DNA of 62,439 bases, counting the filler, from Perkinsus olseni (Eukaryota), in NCBI GenBank assembly GCA_013115125.1. It is 18 parts of 18 records of this genome, joined end to end, with 100 filler letters (N's around TTAATTAATTAA, not from the genome) between each part and the next. Parts side by side here need not be neighbours in the genome. Positions count along the whole stretch, not along the records: positions 59,121 to 62,439 come from JABANN010001422.1; 17 more parts are not named here. One strand, given 5' to 3'. The position numbers were made by a program, and so were the translations under genes. Below the pieces are notes generated by a model. The model was not told the origin of the DNA. It saw only the letters and a list, made by a program, of their open reading frames with translations, and did no database searches. Positions 59,121 through 62,439 of the stretch are shown here, piece after piece (within the stretch, counting starts at the first letter, position 1; each line of letters starts with the position of its first letter).

Positions 59121-60532
59121 GCGTGAGTTCAAGAGAGTCGAAGCCCCACCAGAAGCAGTCATCGATAGGGTTGCCTTCGTTCAAGGGCTCTGGTCGGACT
59201 GATCAGGAGGTTGATCCGAACTCTCCTGCGAGAGCATCGGTTCCTCCACGAGGTGATTCGGCCCCGGCGGTCTTGTATGCCATACCTCCATCCCAATCAC
59301 ACGTCGAGGTGGGGACCACGGGGGGCTATGCGCCGTCTTTGAAGACGGAGTTTCATAGTGTGGGTTCCCGTGGAGAGTTGTCGAAAGCTCGCATACTCTC
59401 ATCAGCACCGAGTGTGGATTTGACGTTGACGGGAACCGCTCATCGCCCACACCCGGGAAGCTTGCCTTATGAGGTGAGGGATCGCTCGGGCCCTAAGGGG
59501 ATTGATCCGTCCCGTTTGAAGCTGCCCAAGTGCACTGAGGCTCTAGAGCTCGCGGCACATTTTGAGGTCTGCGAGAACATCTTTGTGGAGGCCAGGGTCG
59601 GCGTTTTCGTCGGGGAAGGTCAGGGCCGTCAGTTCAGGCCTTACGGCGATGTACATGTCTCGTGCATCGAATCCTTCCTGAGAACCTTGCCGGAAGGGGC
59701 CATACAGAGCAGTGCCAAAAGGACGGCAAGAAAGCTGGGATGGTCGTGGCAGCATCTCCGTCACAGCGTCGTCAGACGCTACGGTCGACGGTCTGCCATA
59801 GTCGATGAGCTGTCGAAGTTGCTCCGACAGCTGGAGTTCTCCTCCCCATCGGAGGTGGACGCCTTCCTGGAAAAGTGTGAGGCGATCATGCACGCTCTGG
59901 AAGCAGCCTATGGCCAGGATAGGAGCGAGACACGTCGGGTGGTGAAGCACATCATCGGCACCTTACCACCGCACATTGCCACTGAGATCATCAGGGAGAT
60001 CAAGCAAACGGTGGGGATGGCCTCGGCGATGTCGAGAAGAATGGCGATGGACTGCGACTGGGAATTGCTGCTGCCGTTCGTGCCGAGCTTCAGTCCTGGG
60101 GAGGAGGAGATGATGTCGGTGAGTGATATCATCAGGGATGTGTGTCGGACCATAGAGAGTGGTGACCCGGCATCCCAGCTGTCTGATAGGGTGGCTTATG
60201 CTGGCGACAGCAAGGCACGGGAGGGCAGTTCCCGGGGGAAGGCTCAGGGAGGTGGCTCCAAGGGGAAGGTGCCGCTGGACTCCTGGGCGAAGGGATACGC
60301 TGCTGTGTACGTGGTTCGTTCACAGTCATCAAAGAAGAGGCTCGACTCGGAGGCGATCAAAAAGGAGTTCGACCCGGACGTCACCAAGTTCATCCGGGGC
60401 AAGAAGCAGCCGCTCGCATTGATCGGCTACACAGATGTGGCGAAAGGGAAGGCGGCGGCAGAGAGGGGCTCAGCCAAGGAGGAGTACTCCATCCGTCCGT
60501 TCCAGTTCCGAGCTGGCTCGGGAAACGAGTAG
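59121..60532 (+). CDS. gag: Gag-like ORF without CCHC knuckles, C-terminal RRM-like domain (5' end may be cut)
   Basis: 469-aa frame directly upstream of pol, with a helical capsid-like middle region, ending at G GGA AAC GAG TAG. Confidence 0.8.
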
Positions 60533-62439
60533 GGCCGGCATGTCCAAGGGGGACAATGTCGGCCGAAATTCAAACCCCTTATACTCTCGCTTCTGAATCC
60601 AAGCCCGATGAGGCTAGGTCAGAAGAGGGAGAGAAGTCTGAGGAGGGAGAAGGAGGCACCACAGTTATCAATGAGGTCCTGATGGAGCCCGTTACGGGGG
60701 CGATCGGGGGTCCTATTCATGATAGAGTGTGTTCCTTGCAGCTGAAGATCCCTCCTGAGCTGACGGTCCTCTGTGACTTGATATCGAGTAGTGATCCGTC
60801 CAAGCGTCAAGTGGATGTCACGGCCATTTGTGATCCGGGCGCGGGGAGGTCCTACTGGATTTCGTCTGATGATTGCGAGACCACCTTTCCGACGGAGCCC
60901 ACGAACCGATGGGTGGAGTTGGCAGATGGGTCCAAGTGTGCAATCAATCGCAAAATCAGGGTCCACGTGTCGCTCAAGAAGCCGGAGGCAGCCACGGTAG
61001 GCCCAGTCGAGTTTCTTGTCCTTCCCTACGAGCAGAGTAGGCTAGGGGGCAGTTACCGCCTACTCATTGGTAGGGATCTGGGGGGCTACTTAGGCCTTCA
61101 ACTTGACCTTGGAAAAGGTCTGGTCTCGGTGGGCGACGGTCGTACCGAAGAGCATCGCGGGGCTCTGTCCGACTCTCAGAGTGGAGACGAATGTGATCTT
61201 CTGAGATATCTGGGAGTGGATGCTCCTGGGGTGGTGGCACAGCCAGAGCCAATAGCATCGGATACTCATCTCGTACCTGAGCTAACTGAGGAGTTACAGC
61301 AGGTGAGCGAGCGAGTGATAGGTGAGGTGGCGAGTAGTGGAACTATCAAGTCTCCGGAGCTGCCAGGGTATCGACTGTACGCGAGGGAGCTCGCTGCAGG
61401 CGACATACGAGACTGTGCTCAGCAGCGCGCGGCCATCTTCGTGGAACTTCCACCAGTGACTGGGAGTGTTCCGAGGGTCCAGCGCTATGCACATTCGCTG
61501 TACACGAAGTTATCCTCCGAGCATCAAGCGACATACGGGAAGCTCATCGATGACTTTGTGCAGCGGCAATGGTGGTGGAGTGAGCGAGACATCCCGGACA
61601 GCGTGAAAAGCCGTCAACGACTACCAGAAAGCCCTTGTTTCCTTACGCAGCTGACGAGGAAACCAAGGTTAGTGGTGGACTGCAGGGTCGTGAATGCGGC
61701 GTTGGGTCGCGCTAGTTCGCTGAAGATTAAAGTCACTGCTCAGCTTCTCTCTATTCGTGCCGACGGGAGCTGTTGTCTTCTCACGGCAGATGTGCAACAA
61801 GCATTCTATAGGTGTCGGGTGACCAATTATTTGATCCCCCTACTGACCGCCGTGGGTCTCTTCTTCTCATTGAGGGTCATTTTTGGCCTGAACGGAGGGG
61901 CGGGGATTCTGCAGTTGGGACTCGGAGAGATAGTGGAGAAGGCCGTTCGCAGTTTCGCTAGTCTAGAGTGGGTGCAAAAAGCTTTCTGTAGCCATCTGTA
62001 TATGGATGACTGGACGGCACACGGCTCCGACTTGCGGACTGTCTTACATCTCTTCGCTCTGACCATCTTCTGCATGCTGCTATTCGGTTTCGCGAGCCAG
62101 CTGGCAAAGGTGGGAGCTCTCATTCAACCGAAGGATCGGGCACTGTTCGATGCGGTGTGTGCTAATCTTCGGATGAGCATCCCGGTACTAGAGGAGGTAA
62201 GCCTACTGGGGGTGGGGGTACGTCTGGCCGACGGTGAGATCGAGGTCGATTGCCGTAGGCTAGCGAAGTGGTCTCAAATAGAGATATTCTTAGAAGATGA
62301 CCATCCCACGAAGAAGAAGGCCTTCTCGGTAGCTGGTATCATTGGCCACGACAGCCTGTACGCGCACCCTGAGTGTCGCCTAGCGGCAGATATACTGAGG
62401 GCGATAACCGGGCGATGCTACAGTCAGGTCTCGTGGTCG
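60520..62439 (+). CDS. pol: Pol (protease-RT) in the -1 frame, running off the window (absent from the ORF track because it has no stop)
   Basis: Protease-like AICDPGAGRSY and LLIGRD. RT: KPRLVVDCRVVN, ADVQQAFY, IFGLNGG, YMDD at 61999. Shares GYRLYAREL and HPECRLAADILR motifs with contigs 2 and 6. Confidence 0.9.

Overview
This window is not one locus. It is 18 short contigs of about 3.3-3.4 kb, sorted by decreasing length and joined by 100-nt N linkers carrying TTAATTAATTAA, so nothing can be inferred across linkers. The DNA is eukaryotic, with many short GT-AG introns. Gene content and style suggest an alveolate, most likely Perkinsus; this is an inference. Recognisable host genes are a MORN-SAM tyrosine-kinase-like kinase, a DDX6/Dhh1 helicase, an A20/AN1 zinc-finger protein, an Alba protein, an MFS transporter, a pepsin-like protease, a cytosolic carboxypeptidase, PP2C, a GT31/Fringe-like glycosyltransferase, AMACR and two secreted proteins of unknown function. 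The rest is rich in transposons. Four fragments (contigs 2, 6, 14, 18) belong to a divergent BEL/Pao-like LTR retrotransposon group; one has a Gag without zinc knuckles that ends in an RRM-like domain, followed by a G GGA AAC -1 frameshift signal. A Ty3/Gypsy element has the same slippery site, and its RT is broken at YLDD by an unknown element abutting CTAG. Also present are a FLYWCH-MULE transposase, a hAT remnant, a TA-flanked CACC-ended MITE family and several palindromic or foldback structures.
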